Positions 61,700 to 64,000 of a stretch of 64,000 bases of DNA are shown in pieces. The notes beneath the pieces are model-generated. The model searched no databases and was not told the DNA's origin. It saw nothing but the letters and a program-made list of their open reading frames with translations. Each line of letters opens with the position of its first letter. Within the stretch, counting starts at the first letter, position 1. A program made the position numbers and the translations under genes. The stretch spans positions 1,434,961 through 1,498,960 of the forward strand of contig MU004190.1 of the NCBI GenBank assembly GCA_010093605.1, in the 5' to 3' direction. This stretch comes from Lophium mytilinum (Eukaryota).

Positions 61700-64000
61700 A
61701 GTAAAGCAGTGTAATATTTCTAATTACGTAATATAAGAATTTTAAAAATAATAGATATTAATTCTATATAGAAATCTAGCTAGGCTATATATATTAGAGA
61801 GGCCTATATAGGCCTTAATTATACTAGATCTATATAGAAAAGTATTTCTATAGTAGATCTATATATTATATATATAATATCTAAATATTAACTATATATT
61901 AAGAATTCTATATTTTCTTCTTCTAGATTTAATTTACTATTAAATTATATTTATAATAGTATATTATGCTTACTACTTTACGCTATATATTATTAGTATA
62001 TTAGGCTATTAGCTTCTTTAGAAGCTTTAAAGCTTCTAGAGGTATATAATACTATAAAAAGTATATTAGTAGGTAGTAATATTATAGTAATATTACCTAA
62101 GAGGGGTTTAGAATTCTTTAGAGGTCTACTACTATATTAGTAGGGGATAATAAAGGTATTAGAATATTTAATAGCTTAATAGTAAGAAAGAATTAGAAGA
62201 GATTATAAAGTATTTATAATAGAGGGAATTATAAAGTAATATAAATATTAGCATGCTAGCGTATATTAGGTTCTAATATATAATTAAAGCTATAATAGCT
62301 AATAATAGGCTTATTAGAAATCTTATAAAGTTTCTTATAATCTAGTAAGAAGCTTATAATATTATATAGATTTAAGAAGCTATTAGTATATTATAGAGTA
62401 GTAAGTAGTAATTTAAAAGTAATAAATTTAAGAATCTAGAGTATATATAAGGCCTTCTTAATACTCTTATACTTTTTCTTCTATACTTAACTTTCTTCTT
62501 TAAGGTTTAAGCTTCTCTTATCTTTAAAGATTTATTAAAGACTTTTATAGCTTCTCTTTTTATTACTATTATCTTTCTTTATTAATTCTTTTATTAGAAC
62601 TCTCTCTCTCTTAGCTTCTAGGCTATTTCTTCTTACTCTAAGTTAGTATTATAATATTACTTAATACCTAGCTAGGTTCTATAGCCTCTAGCTTACTCTA
62701 TTTAGAAAGAGGTAGAGATAGAGGTAATAATTCTTTAAACTCTAGCTATAGTTATAAGGTTCTATACTCTTATAAATTCTTAGGTATTTTAGCTTATAAA
62801 GCCTTATAGGCCTATAGTAAGTTTTTAATAATAGTTTAGCTTTTTCTCTTAATAAAGCTAATAAGATCTAGTTACTATTATACTTATATTAATTATTAAC
62901 CTTCTAATAGTCTAGAGGTTCTATAATCTATACTATATATAGCTAATAGCCTTTAATAACCCTATTCTACTTTCTTAAGCCTTCTAATACTATACTATAG
63001 CTTCTAATTATCTAAACTATACTAAATACCCCCTAAAGTTTAAAGATAGTAGTAGAGCTTAAAGAAATATACTACTTTAAGAGTTTCTTAGTAATATTAG
63101 AGATAATAAACTAATTTTAAATAAAAACTATAGCTATACTTTACGCTTTATAGGGCTTCTTAAATAGTATTTAGGCTTAAGAGTAGATTATAGTAAGAAT
63201 TTTAGAGCTTTTTCTACCTTTAGGGCCTATAACTACTACTTAAGAATATTCTTAGAAGGCTATTAGTTTAGTAAATATATTTAGGCTTATAATCTAGATA
63301 GTTCTTCTCTCTACTAAGGATTCTATATAGAATATTATTAGCAGAGTAGTAAGAAAACTTATTTATTCTAAGGTAAGTTTAGCTTTACTTTTAGAGTATT
63401 TTAGAACTTAGCTAATATCTATTATAGAAGAGTAGACTCTAATAGCTTATTAGAAGACTACTAGGGCTTATATTTAATAAGGTTACTATAATATTACTAA
63501 GTTTATATCTTCTCTTTATAACTAAGAATCTTTTAAGAACCTAACTAAAAATATAGTATACTTAGCCTTAGCTATATAGCTACTAATAGAATTAATTTAA
63601 AGAAAGACTACTATACTACTATATAATCTAGATATTTCTTATACTTCTATTTCTTTAATAGCTTAATATTACCTATAGGGCTCTAGTAGTACCTCTACTT
63701 AGGCTTTTAGTTTAAGATCTAGCTTTTAGTAATTATCTATAGCTATATTAGGTTTAGAAAATATAGCTACTTTAGATTCTAGTACTTAAGGTCTAAAGTA
63801 ATACTCTCTAACCTTTTCTACTTAGCCTTTAACTTCTCTAACTTCTTTAACCTCTTATTATTCTTCTTTAGGTTCTCTATAGTGCTTTTAAGAGTCTACT
63901 TCTAATATACTATTAAGCCGCCGCTTATCCTAGTTATCTATTAGTAATAATAATAACTCTACTAGAGAGACCCCTCTAAACTCTACTTAGTATTAGATAG
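61700..64000. mobile_element. RIP-degraded repetitive/transposon relic (family not assignable)
   Basis: Abrupt switch to very AT-rich sequence with heavy TpA excess and almost no CpA/TpG. No ORF of 60 aa or more. Continues past the window end. Confidence 0.85.

Noticed and set aside
61700..64000. Assigning the RIPped element to a specific TE superfamily
   Set aside because: Coding signal is destroyed and no terminal repeats are identifiable by eye.

Overview
Eukaryotic DNA from a filamentous ascomycete (Pezizomycotina), judged from short GT..AG introns with CTRAC/CTAAT branch sites and a RIP-degraded AT-rich block from about 61.7 kb to the end. The left ~24 kb looks accessory: short orphan or domain-only genes (a Zn2Cys6 protein and an apparent paralogue lacking the zinc cluster, an acidic orphan, F-box proteins including a double-F-box mini-protein, a stand-alone SH3, a BYS1-like secreted protein) interspersed with an M20 amidohydrolase and a calpain. 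The right part holds more ordinary genes: a large coiled-coil protein, two MFS transporters, a secreted protein with aerolysin-like patterning, F-box(-like) proteins, an aquaporin, an HSL-type hydrolase, an ABC-F ATPase, an amidase and a linalool dehydratase/isomerase-family gene. The most striking feature is a non-coding array at ~8.9-10.7 kb of 15 imperfect palindromes of about 57 bp. They share a fixed CGG-N18-CGG-N9-CCG-N18-CCG geometry, repeat every 119-137 bp, and are separated by faster-diverging AT-rich linkers. The array lies ~7 kb downstream of a Zn2Cys6 gene, a family known to bind CGG triplets. All calls were made by eye with no database searches, so exon boundaries are approximate unless stated.
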